Both the position numbers and the translations under genes were made by a program. A stretch of DNA of 64,000 nucleotides from Phoronis australis. Taxonomy: Eukaryota > Animalia > Phoronida. Positions within the stretch are counted from its first letter, which is position 1. Each line of letters starts with the position of its first letter. Shown one piece after another: positions 24,679-37,030 of this stretch. Below the pieces are notes generated by a model that saw only the letters and a list, made by a program, of their open reading frames with translations, searched no databases and was not told the origin of the DNA. The stretch covers positions 646,597 to 710,596 of the forward strand of contig NMRA01000094.1 in NCBI GenBank assembly GCA_002633005.1. The letters are read 5' to 3'.

Positions 24679-25976
24679 GGCGGAAATATCAGCAAGGGCG
24701 CATGCGCACCTCGATAACTGGCCGAAAACGTTTTCTCTTGTAGAGGGCACATTGGTGAACCAATCATTTTCAAACTGGTCACGTGTTTGTTGCATTTGAT
24801 CAGCTTTTATGAAATTCTGTCAAACCGGAAGTCATTTTCAAGATGGCGGCTCTGACGCATTTTCAACCGTTTTCAATCGTTCTACGGTCGCATTTTTAAC
24901 GGGAAGAGCAAATGACGTGAATTTTTGCATGTTGATTCCTTGAAATATGCTCTTTCAAAAGTTCTGCAATAACGTTTTTCTCAGACTTACCGTTTTCGAG
25001 TTATTTGACTTTGAATTTCAAAAAAGGGCAAAATTTCCATTTTTTTCGAAACAATTATGGAATGTTGCAAAACTATCAATTTAGATAGAATTTGGAAGGG
25101 GCTTTCAGAGGATGTTTTCCATTTTTTACTTGGATGTCTACTTTTCGAATTATTTGAGATCTTATGATAGTGCTGTTCCTTTGTTGAGCGCTCTTACTGC
25201 ATTGATGTTGGTTTAGTTTATTTGAACAAGACTATAGCTTATTTCTTACTAATTTATGGCATCTAAGTTCATCGTATGAATGTTATGATGTTGTTCATCA
25301 TTGCCACCTTCATCATCACAATCATCGTCGTTAATTTTGCCTATTGTCGCTCAAGACTGTAAGTAGCACTGAACAGTCACGGAGCATTTTCTAGTCCCTA
25401 GAATTTATGCTGAGGGCGTGTGTGAGGTTTGGCGGGTGGTTTTAGGAAATTGTTGAATAAAATTGCCTGGAAACTTATTTACTTGTGTTTTTGAATGACA
25501 AAAATCAAGTTTTACCTACTTTTGATGCAAACTGGTGGCTGTCATTTGCTATCAACCCCTGTCGTCTGCTGTCCGAGAAACCGGGTGCGATTTCAGGTTG
25601 CTGTCAGACAGATCAAATTTGCTAAAAAAAGTAGCTGGTAAGGGGCTTACTATGACCACATAGTTAGAATCTAGAGAGGACAAGCATTCTGAATCTGGAG
25701 TCAGACTTTTTCTAGCATTTGCAGGGAAGTGGTTATTTCGGGGAGAAAATTGTCAAATTTGGCGTTTTTTGCAAATAGTTTTGTGTGCCGGGAATTTATT
25801 GCCATGTATATTAACCGATCAGAAATCTGTACAGTTCGATAGAGTTTTAAACATGCTTTCATAAGATATTTTTCATTTGTCGCTAGTCGTCATAATCGTC
25901 GTCGTCGTCGTCGTCGTCCCCATCATCCTCTTTTCGCGTAATTTCGCCAAGTGTCGCTCCTCCGAGCGCTCTCGTT
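24679..25976 (+). mobile_element. HINE-like family 2, copy 1 (5'-truncated; unrelated insert at about 25355-25875; 3' end repeated)
   Basis: Colinear with 52495-53190; (GTC)n tract and 3' hairpin CGCTC-CTCC-GAGCG followed by CTCTCGTT. Confidence 0.7.
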
Positions 25977-26451
25977 GTTGTGTTAGTTACATTTACTTGT
26001 ATCTGACACTGCATACCTATATTAATGAATTAATGAGCTTTTTAAAGTCACAACACCATGCCTTTGAGTGATAAAGAAACATTTCTTCATTATCGTGTAC
26101 TTGTTCGAACAGAGTGCTCTTGGGTAAATGACATTGAATTGGAATTTTGTGTGAACGTTCCTTAATACTGAACGCTAAAAATTTCCCCAAAAAAACTTGG
26201 TCCTTATCCACAATAATCAGAATATCTGGTCATCAAGGAATGTGTCTAAAATTAGTCCTCTGTTGTAAATCCAAAGATATATTTTTGGACAAGTGTCATT
26301 GCCATGAGTGAGTGCCACAGGTAACAGTGATTGTTGAAGAATGTTGCTGGACTATAGCTCTTACTGTTCTTTGACACCAACAATATCAAGATGTTGTCCA
26401 CATATCACATAACTTGTTCTCTGGCTGTCGAAATAATAATAATAAATTGTC

Positions 26452-26641
26452 CTCCATGATACATGTGTATTCTCACTCATATCAAGTCCTCCATGATACA
26501 TGTGTATTCTCACTCATATCAATGATACATGTGTATTCTCACTCATATCAATGATACATGTGTATTCTCACTCATATCAATGATACATGTGTATTCTCAC
26601 TCATATCAATGATACATGTGTATTCTCACTCATATCAAGTC
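26452..26641. repeat. Minisatellite, 29-bp unit, about 6 copies
   Basis: atgatacatgtgtattctcactcatatca. Confidence 0.95.
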
Positions 26642-27050
26642 CTATTTTTGCTTACAGAGATAGTAGAGTTTTATTTGTTCCATTTATTGTATACACTAGG
26701 TCCAGGATTAATTATAGATTATGAGAGTAAGCCAAAAATAATACAAGGTAGAATGGTTGCATTATGATGTGGCTGAGGGCACTTGTGTAGGACAATGTTT
26801 AGCTGTAACCTCTCTACACTTGTGCAGGACAATGTTTCAGCTCTATACCAATCAGTTAGTTTCAGATTTAAGTGCTCTGTCTAAAGGCAATGTAATGTAT
26901 GTGTAAATGCTGCAAGGTTTATTGTACTATTTTAACTAATCCTATGACATGTTATTTTTTTAAATTATTTATTTTTTCCATTGGCATATTAAAACTTGTA
27001 AATGTGAAAATAAAAAGGGCTGCGAAAGGTTAGCCTTTGTCTTTATGGCG

Positions 27051-27210
27051 TAGTAGTAATATTTAATAGTAGTAATATTTAGTAGTAGTAATATTTAATA
27101 GTAGTAATATTTAGTTGTAGTAATATTTAGTAGTAGTAATATTTAGTAGTAGTAATATTTAGTAGTAGTAATATTTAGTAGTAGTAATATTTAGTAGTAG
27201 TATTATTTAA
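27051..27210. repeat. Minisatellite, 16-bp unit, about 10 copies
   Basis: agtagtagtaatattt. Confidence 0.95.
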
Positions 27211-27728
27211 ATAGTCAGCATAACATCTTAGCCTTTTGTAACATTGTTGTAGTACTCAGTAATAGTAATTATAATGCTTCTAGCTATTGTGCTAATGAAA
27301 GTCCTTAGAACAGCAGAATATGGCAATAGTATTGGTAATAAGAATAGAAATAGGAATAGTTAAAATTATGTTTGTTTCCACCACCACAAAAGAATGTTTT
27401 TCAAAATTAAAAAAGTGTTTTTGCAACTAAAATTAGTGCATATCAACAATGAAAAAGTATGAATTTTAATGCTTTGCCTACTTATGCGTAGCCATCTCTG
27501 AGGCGTCATGGTATGATGGGGGAGTGGGTGTTGGAGGCATAAATTAAAATTAAGTTTGTTTGCTTTTCTGCAATATAGATCAGGGCATGACTCTATGTTT
27601 TCTTTACAATCTTACAAGAGAATTTAAAAAAAAAATTGCCCCTAAAATTAATGTGCCTTGGCAATGCCTAGCCATCTCAGAGTTGTGAGGGTATTGGGGG
27701 GAGAAGTCAAGGAGAAGGGAAGAAGAGG

Positions 27729-28207
27729 CAGGCCTTTATCCACGATTTTGAAAATAGGGTGTCCAAAATGGGGTTTCCAATATTCCAGGGCGTCCATGAT
27801 TCCGACGCGTAACCCCCCACCCCCAGCAATCCCTCCAAACACACAGATTTTTTTACAAAAAATGCATAGACCAAGGTTTTTACATCTAAGTTTAGGAAAC
27901 AGCTTTCTGTAGTGAGCTACTAAAAAATGTAGACCAAGACTTTTAAAATGCTATCAACCAAGTGTGAGCATAGCAACATTGTATATACTTTGTATAAACA
28001 TTGTATATTTCTTCCTGCTTTGAAAAAAGAGCCCCCACTGTGAGCCTTCAGAGGCTTCCTAGTAATCATTACAATGTGGGAGTCCAAACTTGAAAGGTTC
28101 CTATTGACAGTGGGGTCCAAATGATACATTGGGGTCCTTGCCAGGGCGTCCAGATTAGTGCTAGGGCGTCCAATGGATGCCCAGGACGTACGCTGCATAA
28201 AGGCCTG
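27729..28207 (+). mobile_element. hAT MITE family H, short copy
   Basis: CAGGCCTTTAT...ATAAAGGCCTG TIR; perfect 8-bp TSD AGAAGAGG. Confidence 0.9.
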
Positions 28208-28608
28208 AGAAGAGGGTTGGGTGAGGTAAAACGATTTTGATTGTGGTATGTGCCATTATTGGTCATGTTCAAAATCAGGGGAACTAGTCAGACAGCACAG
28301 GTATGAAACAAATTCAAGCTAACCTGTTGCCTCTGGTATCTGATTGTTTGACCCTGAGCTTGGTTTCTGTGGTAGATTATTTGGTGATTGCCAGATGAAT
28401 ATCTGTTTCATAATTGCTTAGTGATTAACTTAATGTGCAGCTTATTTGTTTGAAAGTTATAGCTGAAATAATGTTACAACAAGCCTGAGGTATGTTTACA
28501 TATGAATTATTAAGTGGACAGATTTTGTTCTGCTTCTATATCACAATCATTCTGCAGCCATTTTTAAATTAAACCACTTGACCATTTTTTCCTCCAAATA
28601 AAGGTTGT

Positions 28609-28878
28609 GCCTGTCCTATAGATGTGACATAAGTTTGACCACGAGTATCTGTCTTATAAACGTGACATGAGTTTGACCAAGAGTACCTGTCTTATGGATG
28701 TGACATGAGTTTGACCAAGAGTACCTGTCCTATAGATGTGACAGGAGTTTGACCAAGAGTACCTGTCCTAAAGATGTGACATGAGTTTGACTAAGAGTAC
28801 CTGTCCTATAGATGTGACATGAGTTTGACGAAGAGTACCTGTCCTATAGATGTGACATGAGTTTGACTAAGAGTACCC
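28609..28878. repeat. Minisatellite, 38-bp unit, about 7 copies
   Basis: acctgtcctatagatgtgacatgagtttgaccaagagt. Confidence 0.95.
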
Positions 28879-30495
28879 ATCTTACAAGGTTTTATTTCTT
28901 TACAGTTACTAACAAATGGCTCTTTTCCTCCAGTGTGCAACCTGTGGACTCTTGTATTACGTAATGTTGAGTGGCTTGTATTCTGTCACTCTTGGATTCC
29001 ATGTCTCATTATTTCTACTTATCATACTTTGCTCCACAGTTGTACAGCTTATTAACACAACCCAACACAGTTATTTTTTAATTGTTCTGGTTGATATATC
29101 TCATACCTAGGACCCAATATTGGGCCCTAGCTCCTACATATCTCCTGCTATGCTGTTCATCGTAACGCCATGTTACCTGTTACATGGGACAACCTGACAC
29201 CCCCTCAGGACTGTCCCATTTGCTTCACTTGGTCAGTCATTCCTCTAGTGAGTATTTGGATATTACAAGTTAAGCAACAATGCATTACTATTGTACTAGT
29301 GAACTGTTATGAGCCAACAAAAGCTGTGGGATACAATGCCAGCAGTGAACTGGATTGGAAAAACTTGAGAGTCAAGTCTTGTAGCAATAGACGCTTTGGG
29401 CTGGCCTGCTGAGGATAAGTCAGGTCAATCTTAACATGGCCACATTGAGTGCACTGGTCAAGTCATTGCATGTAGCTGCCACTCCACTCTTAGTTAAAGG
29501 TAGGATCTCTTTACATCTTCCATCATAACTGTTTTTATGCTTTTAAGGCAAAGCCTGTACTTTTAGTTTATCTTAAACTTTTAGTACTCTTTATGTGGAA
29601 AGTGGTCTGTCACAGGTATTTTGAAATATACAGGTGGTCTTGAATGCCCCATTGGAGAAGTAAGCCTCTTTAGCCTGTGTGCTCAATTAATGAGCTTAAG
29701 ATGATCTTATAAAAATGTAGCAGACCACTACATATAAGAGGATCCAATAAAGTGCTGTGCAAGAGATTACAGTTCAGTCATCAGGCTGTCTTCACATCTT
29801 GCTTTGGAACTGGCTTTTAACACAAGGAATTTTACTTTACTGCCTGTGCTCTGCTGTGGAGGGCAGGGCGGAGGAGGGGGGTACTCTTGTGTTTAACTAT
29901 AAGCCCAACAATTAATTGAATGGTGCAGTGGTAGTGATGACACTTAGTGTATGTTGTACACTTACAATGAACAGTGACATCAGACCCAAGTAGGCACAGC
30001 TGTGAGTAGTCATCTGTCTATATCAATAGTAGATTGTCTGTGATGCTGCTGCAGGGTACTCCTTTGTTTGACCTGGCTTTAATCAACTTCTGATAAGTCA
30101 GCTGTTAATTATTAATACTTACTACTATGCAGTATCATTGATCAGTACTGACTCCACGTGATATCCAGTTTATTATTTTCAGAATGTGATAATGTTGTGT
30201 ATCATGTCCTCCTCTTCAGAAATTTCAAGAAGTTAAAAAAGTCCATGTCTATACTGGTAGAGTATGTAAGGCCTAGTAATTGGTGCATAGCACTGGTGCA
30301 TAGGATTGGTGTAAAACCTACAAAATGTCCATATCTGCTTACAAAGTGACCAATTTTCTATGATTTCAAATTCCATGCAGGTGGGCCAAATTTGTCATAG
30401 CTGAATCCAAAATTCATTCTTACATCCATTCGAATTTTTGGAAGAGTATCCATGAACCATACTTAAGTAGCTACAAACCTGTGTTTCCAAGAAAC

Positions 30496-30740
30496 TACTT
30501 AAGGTTGTCTACAAGTATCTCTATTTAGCCAAATATTACTTAAGGTTGTCAACAAGTATATCTATTTAACCAAATAGTACTAAGGTTGTCAACAAGTATC
30601 TCTATTTAGCCAAATATTACTTAAGGTTATCAACAAGTATCTCTATTTAGCCAAATATTACTTAAGGTTATCAACAAGTATCTCTATTTAGCCAAATATT
30701 ACTTAAGGTTATCAACACGTATCTCTATTTAGCCAAATAT
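30496..30740. repeat. Minisatellite, 41-bp unit, about 6 copies
   Basis: tacttaaggttatcaacaagtatctctatttagccaaatat. Confidence 0.95.
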
Positions 30741-31393
30741 CTACTGAACTATAGATTTTAACTCGGTAAAAGTACGTATTTCCTGAAAGTAGAATTTGAT
30801 TTTTGACTTTTTACGTATTTGACATAAATTTGATCATGTGGCAATGTCCTTTTAGTAAAATTAGAAAAAAGAAAGGTACATTCATGACAGATAAGGGTAT
30901 CAATAATATTGCCTAATTTTGTTTAATATTCAGGATGAAATGTCATAAACGCTGTTACAGTTTTCTTAATGATAACGTTTTCATTTAATGCAAATTTTGA
31001 TTATTTCATAAAAAGTGTAAAAGTCTTTTTATGATGGCCCCTCGTGCAAATGTAGAAAATGTCATAGACAACAGTGCTTAAAGCATAGCATGTCTGAAAG
31101 CTCTGAGATATGATGTTCCAAAGTTAACCAAATCTGGAAATTTTTCTTGGTCCACCCATGCTCAGGGTATAAAATAACATGCCATGACAAACCAACCTGG
31201 TCTTGGGCTACAACAATCCCACAGTTCTTCTGAAGTTCCAATTTGATTATGGAACAATTTGAGACCAATTTCACAACTGTAAGAGGTCTTTATGAGCAGC
31301 TGGTTTTGTAATGGAGAGCAGGTTTGTTAACTTCACTTTGAGTTGACAAACAATTAGCACTGTTTGCTTAATACTTTACATGCAGTCCTGTGA

Positions 31394-31672
31394 AATAAGG
31401 AACCAGTTGTTAACAATTCAAGCTTGTTAGTCCCATTTTAATAAGGAACCAGTTGTTAACAATTCAAGCTTGTTAGTCCCATTTTAATAAGGAACCAGTT
31501 GCTAACAATTCAAGCTTGTTAGTCACATTTTAATAAGGAACCAGTTGTTAAAAATTCAAGCTTGTTAGTCCCATTTTAATAAGGAACCAGTTGTTAACAA
31601 TTCAAGCTTGTTAGTCACATTTTAATAAGGAACCAGTTGTTAACAATTCAAGCTTGTTAGTCCCATTTTAAT
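31394..31672. repeat. Minisatellite, 46-bp unit, 6 copies
   Basis: aataaggaaccagttgttaacaattcaagcttgttagtcccatttt. Confidence 0.95.
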
Positions 31673-32714
31673 GGAGCCTGTATGATAGTTAACTATGTCT
31701 CCAGGCAGGTTTCATTCCTCAAGTCAGATGAATCTGCAACTATTTATTCAGGCTTTTCCTCTATTGTGAATTTCTTTTGGAGTTGTGAAATGATGAGAAG
31801 TTTCCAGTTCAGAGGTGTTGTGGAATGAGTTGAGATTATCATTCACATACTATTTCCTTGTCAATTGTAACCTGGTGAATATGACCTGTTATTTGTGGTA
31901 CAGTCTTAAGTGTTTACATCTGATGATTGAAAGATTAGGTCATTGAATTTGATACTTTGTCAAGGTATATCACTTTTTAATATGAGCACATAGGAAGCAT
32001 TGTTGAAATTGTCCTAGGAAGTTGTTATGATCTAAATTCCTCTGGGTAAACCCTTATTGGTATATGTAGTTCAGGACATCTGTTCCTATACATGAACACC
32101 TGGGTGTTAGGGAGCATCAATCTGTGAGAAGGTTCAATTTTCTTTTCGTTGAAATTAAGGGTATTTAATGACAAAGGTTCAATGTTTTGGGGAGTGGATT
32201 TTACATCTGAGTGTCAACACTTTGATGTAGTATAAACGGTTGATTTCAGTGTCATCGAAGTCTCTGTAGATGTCACTGTCAGTAACAACACGTCTTGTAG
32301 TGTTATTTGATGTATGTGAAAGTCTCAAAGTTGGTTCAGCTAGAGCTGTAACGTACTGCCAAATATTGATAGAAAATGCTTCTGTGAAAACGTTCCAGTA
32401 TGTCTGCATTAGACAAATCTTATGCTTGATGGCTCCGTCACGGATTGACGTGAGCAAATCGCAATTCATGGTCTTGGCTGAAGGTGTTGGGATGAGATAA
32501 TTGTGGTTGTATTAAACCAACACGCCTGTTTAGCTTACGAGTTTCAAAGTAAAAACGAGTGACAAGTAAAGCCAACTACCAATATGACTGTTTTTCAAAT
32601 TCAAAAGTAAATAATAACGTCTTTGATTTTTTAAAATCTATGCATTATAAGAGAAATTAGTGAAAAGGTTTTGTTCAGCTTTTCAGCTAATTGGCGAGGT
32701 GTGTGAGCACAATG

Positions 32715-32904
32715 ACTTTGTGAGACTGAAATAGTGAAGTATTCATCTTAGTCATGATTCAACACACATTATTTCAACTTTGTGAGACTGAAATAGTGAA
32801 GTATTCATCTTAGTCATGATTCAACACACATTATTTCAACTTTGTGAGACTGAAATAGTGAAGTATTCATCTTAGTCATGATTCAACACACATTATTTCA
32901 ACTT
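32715..32904. repeat. Tandem repeat, 62-bp unit, 3 copies
   Basis: actttgtgagactgaaatagtgaagtattc...cattatttca. Confidence 0.95.
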
Positions 32905-33786
32905 GTTGATATCCTTTGGATGTTGAAGCACCAATATTAATCTGCTTTTCCACCCAGATTTTGGTGATGGAAATAACAGAGACTTGTGTGAATTCACTAA
33001 ACTGGCAGTAAACTATGGTTGTGGGGCTGGCCATGTCTGGCTCATAACTTTGCTTGGTTTGTCCATGTCTCATTGTTACTGTTCAATGGGCTAAACATAC
33101 CTTTGTGTAGGCTTGGTTTGTCCATGTCCCATTGTTACTGTTCAATAGACTAAACATACCAGGGATGTCTGGTGTTGTTTTATGTTACCTGTGACCTCTG
33201 TGTGCATCATCCGACTCACAATAGGTGAAACAAACTACAATGCCAGTTGGCTTGTTGTATTCACTATTAATGGAAACATCTTTAATGGCAAAGCCTTCAA
33301 TCCACATTCTTGATATATATTAAGTCCTGTTTAATGGTATGTGTCCATTACCTTGTATTTGATGTTTTGTCTGTGATTACAAGTTGTAGTCAGTCTTGCT
33401 CAAAACTAATGCCAAAGTTGTAGCCACATCTATAAACATTTTCAAGACAAAGTTATGGTTGTTCAGAGAGGGCTTTGAATTTTGAGTTTTTCATCATGCA
33501 CGTCAAATTAAAGTTATTTTCTTCAAAATGAGGGAATAAAGAAAAGGGCAAATGCAAGGCTATGTTGACTTCAGTCATGGAGAGTTGGTCATTATCTACA
33601 TATTGCATCTTGGTTTTAGGCACTGGTGACGTGATTGAAATTCAGTGACATTTGTTTAAAAAAAATATTTCACCTCATTGATGTGCAAATAAGTCATGTG
33701 ACACTGGTGTGTACTATAGTCATGTGACACTGGTGTGTACTATAGTCCCGTGGACACACAGCCTACCCTAGAACAACTTGTACTAG

Positions 33787-35973
33787 CAGTGTTCTCCACA
33801 TCTGAAAATCTAAACAGGTCGCAGGCGTAAAAACTGCAACGTGCCGGAACCATGCGGCGGTCAACGTTCTCCATAAGCTAGTGTGCATTTTTTGTGCACC
33901 TTACTTTTACCCACACATTTTAAAAGTAATGCACAGTAGTGCAAACAAATAACTGTGTTTATTCAAATTTTTTATTTGTTAAAGATAGCCTTATTTACAA
34001 ACATATCACGTATGTCATAACCCAGTTGCTTAATCAATGACTTTGAAATGGAAGTCTACAGACGTGTTTGATACAGTATGGAGGTTTTAGGCTACTCAAT
34101 AATTGTGATGTCAATGTCAACTATGTACCAAAAGTCTAACACAGAAGTAACACTTTTCCCATGAAGTAGACAGTCCAAGTGAAGTGTCTTTGCAAAGTCA
34201 GTCACGTTTTTATGTCTTGATAGCAAAGTCTACGTTTTCCCTCGGTCTGTAAGTGTAATGTCTTGCACAACATTCTTATAGTCTGAATTCGATGTTCTGA
34301 AGCTGGTACAACATACTGAACTTCTGCAACACAAGAACTCTTGTAAAAACTGCACAATATGCGAGTCCTCCCTCATGAATGCAAGTTATGTAGGGTAAAC
34401 AAAACAATTCACGTGCGTTTTCCATCTACTTGGACGGGAGTGTTAGGCCTGTTGATGACGACCAATATTTCTAAAAAGATATCAATTGAATTATCAAACG
34501 CTTGCAACTATGGAATTCCCATAATTTTCAGGATTGTCACAAACTCATTTTTCCAGATGAAAACCATCTATTCTCAAGTTAGAGCGAATTGTATTCATTT
34601 GTAATGCCGATGTTTGACGTTGTCGGCAAAAATTCGGTTCATCGTTCGTGACACGGATATTTGCGATTCGTTGACTGAGCCCGGCAATATCACCACCATC
34701 CGGCCCTGGTTTATCTGTCGTATCTGCATCTGAGTCAACGTCAGTATCTGAAACATCTCTCGGTTTTTAAAATAATTCTTAGGTTTAGCGGTGCTTCGCT
34801 TTCGCACGGCAGGCGACATTTCTAAGTATGTAGAATGCGCATGTCAATCGGTAACGGAAGCCAGGATAGAATTCATTAACGGAAGGACCATGCTAGGTAA
34901 ACAAGACTCTGCGAGATTACGCGAAATATTACCGCTTGATTTCAATGAGATCACGTGATTTTGGCTGCAATTTCTCGGTGCGAGACACATATATTTTGAA
35001 CTTTATTCAGTGACGTCTCCCGCTGTCCCAAATCTCGGAATACTCCCCCGAAACCGCAAACGTCACGCACGGCTACTATTGAGCTTGCGAATTTTTAGAG
35101 GGAGTATGCACCACAAATATAATGTTCGTGCTGCCAACATAACTCCTTATAAGGCAACGAGATGAACTCGGTCACTCACAATGGGCCGGTACCAAAAGTA
35201 ACCAATAATATTCATCTAAGTGAGAAATACACAAACAACAACCAATGAAAGCCATCAAAATCAGTTTCATGCAAATGTCTTTGAGACTGGTATCGGTAAA
35301 GTCTGTGCCGTGGGGCCCACGGAATATTGAAAAATGTGCTACGAAAAACCAAAATTCTGGCCTCCCAGAAGACGGCCGTTGCATAAATTGCACTGCGCAA
35401 CGGTGTCTTTGCTGACAACATGTACTTCGCAGAACTAACCAGCAGAACTAACCACCGAGCCTTAGTTATTTTCAATGGGCAATATGATCAGTTGTCCGCC
35501 GAACACAAAAAGCGAATAGGCCTAACGCAACGATCATCGACTTTCGTGCCGGACAGCATCTCCAGTGAGCAGGTAGTGGATTAGGCGGTATAGGTAGCAC
35601 TGGGCCTTTCTTTAAATTGACTAGTTGTTCCAGGTGAATTGAAAAGATAATTGAGAGATTATTTACACGCCGTGTTACACCATAAATAGACTAGGGGGCC
35701 CCCGGTCTGCCCCTTGAGTGGGATCGGTGATTAGACTGTCCACAACTGACCACTTCCTTAGCCTTTATTCAGTTTCAATGGGCTATGGCCAGTTGCTAAC
35801 AAGCGTAATTTGAACCAGTGAAGACCTTATTAACGACGACGACACCTTTTTTACAAAGTAGTCCCTATATTTTTAAACTGGTCCCGGGATTTTTAAACAG
35901 GACGCGGGACATTTAAACAGGACGCGCGCTCGGCCACGCTGCGACACGTTAAAAGTGGTGGTGGAGAACACTG
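33787..35973. mobile_element. Non-autonomous hAT-like element, 2.2 kb
   Basis: Perfect 13-bp TIR CAGTGTTCTCCAC / GTGGAGAACACTG; subterminal AAACAGG(T/A)CGC motifs; TSD not clean. Confidence 0.75.
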
Positions 35974-37030
35974 ACTACTGCAACTTACCCCACTTTTGAG
36001 TGGAGCGTCCATACACGACTATATCCATTACCTAGAGTAAGGTGGAAGTTGTCACTCTGCGTGACAATGAACATCTAATGCAAGTATGGCACACATAAGA
36101 AAACCTGTCCTATGTAACCATAGCTGATAATTTCTTCCACCCTACTTAGGGCTTTATCCAGGATTTCAAAAATAGGGTGTCCAAAATGGTGTTCTCAATA
36201 TTCCAGGGCATCCATGAATCCAACGACGCGTAACCCCCACCCCCACGACCGTTCACCAGCAATTCCCCCACTCACACATTGATTTTTTTTTTTCAAAAAA
36301 TGTATAGACAAAGGTTTTTACATCTAAGTCTGTAGTGAGCTTTTTTATTAAAAGATTATGTGGACCAAGACTTTTACATTTAAATTTACGAAAACGGCCA
36401 AGTAGCTTACCAAACAAATAGAGATATTGGTTGAACGATGATGAGGGCACTATGTTTTTGGTCATGTCGAGTCAAATTGATGTAAAATTTGTCATATCAT
36501 CTTAACGAGCTTTAATATTATGTAAAATGAGTCTCCAGAGCTGTAGTCAAAACAAGAAAAATGCACATATGATGTGTGGTTTATATTTTGGCAACAGGTG
36601 TCACTGCTCTTCTATATTTAAACCTTAAAACGCACATTGAAAAGCATGAAATGGGCACAAACTCAAAAGTTTTAAATGGGCATATTCTTGTGGCACAATA
36701 TAGTATTAAGATAATGACATTTATTTCGCTTTCGATGTTTTTGAAAAAGACGAAAATCTTGAAATTACAGCTCTGAAACACTGATTTGGAGTTACACTAA
36801 GGTATAACCCCTACATAAACTAATGAACTATGGAGGTAAGACCACTGGGAGCATAGCCAGCATTGGAAGAAACTTTGACAACCAAACGTGCTAATGCGTG
36901 AAAGGTGTTGGATACTCAATGCTTTCAACCTAGTTTGAACATGGCAACATATACATTTCTTCCTGCTTTGAAAAAAGCCAGCACTGTGAGCTCACTTCTC
37001 CCTTCAGCTTTGTGCCTGGGTTTCCTAGTA

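Noticed and set aside
31918-31940. CTGATGA-TT-GAAA hammerhead core
   Set aside because: Only 2 nt between the core halves, so stem II cannot form
28609-32904. CRISPR-like appearance of 38-62 bp repeats
   Set aside because: Head-to-tail units with no unique spacers, no cas genes, eukaryotic context
33980-35480. Transposase remnants within the 2.2-kb hAT-like element
   Set aside because: No BED, DDE or dimerisation motifs recognisable in the frames examined
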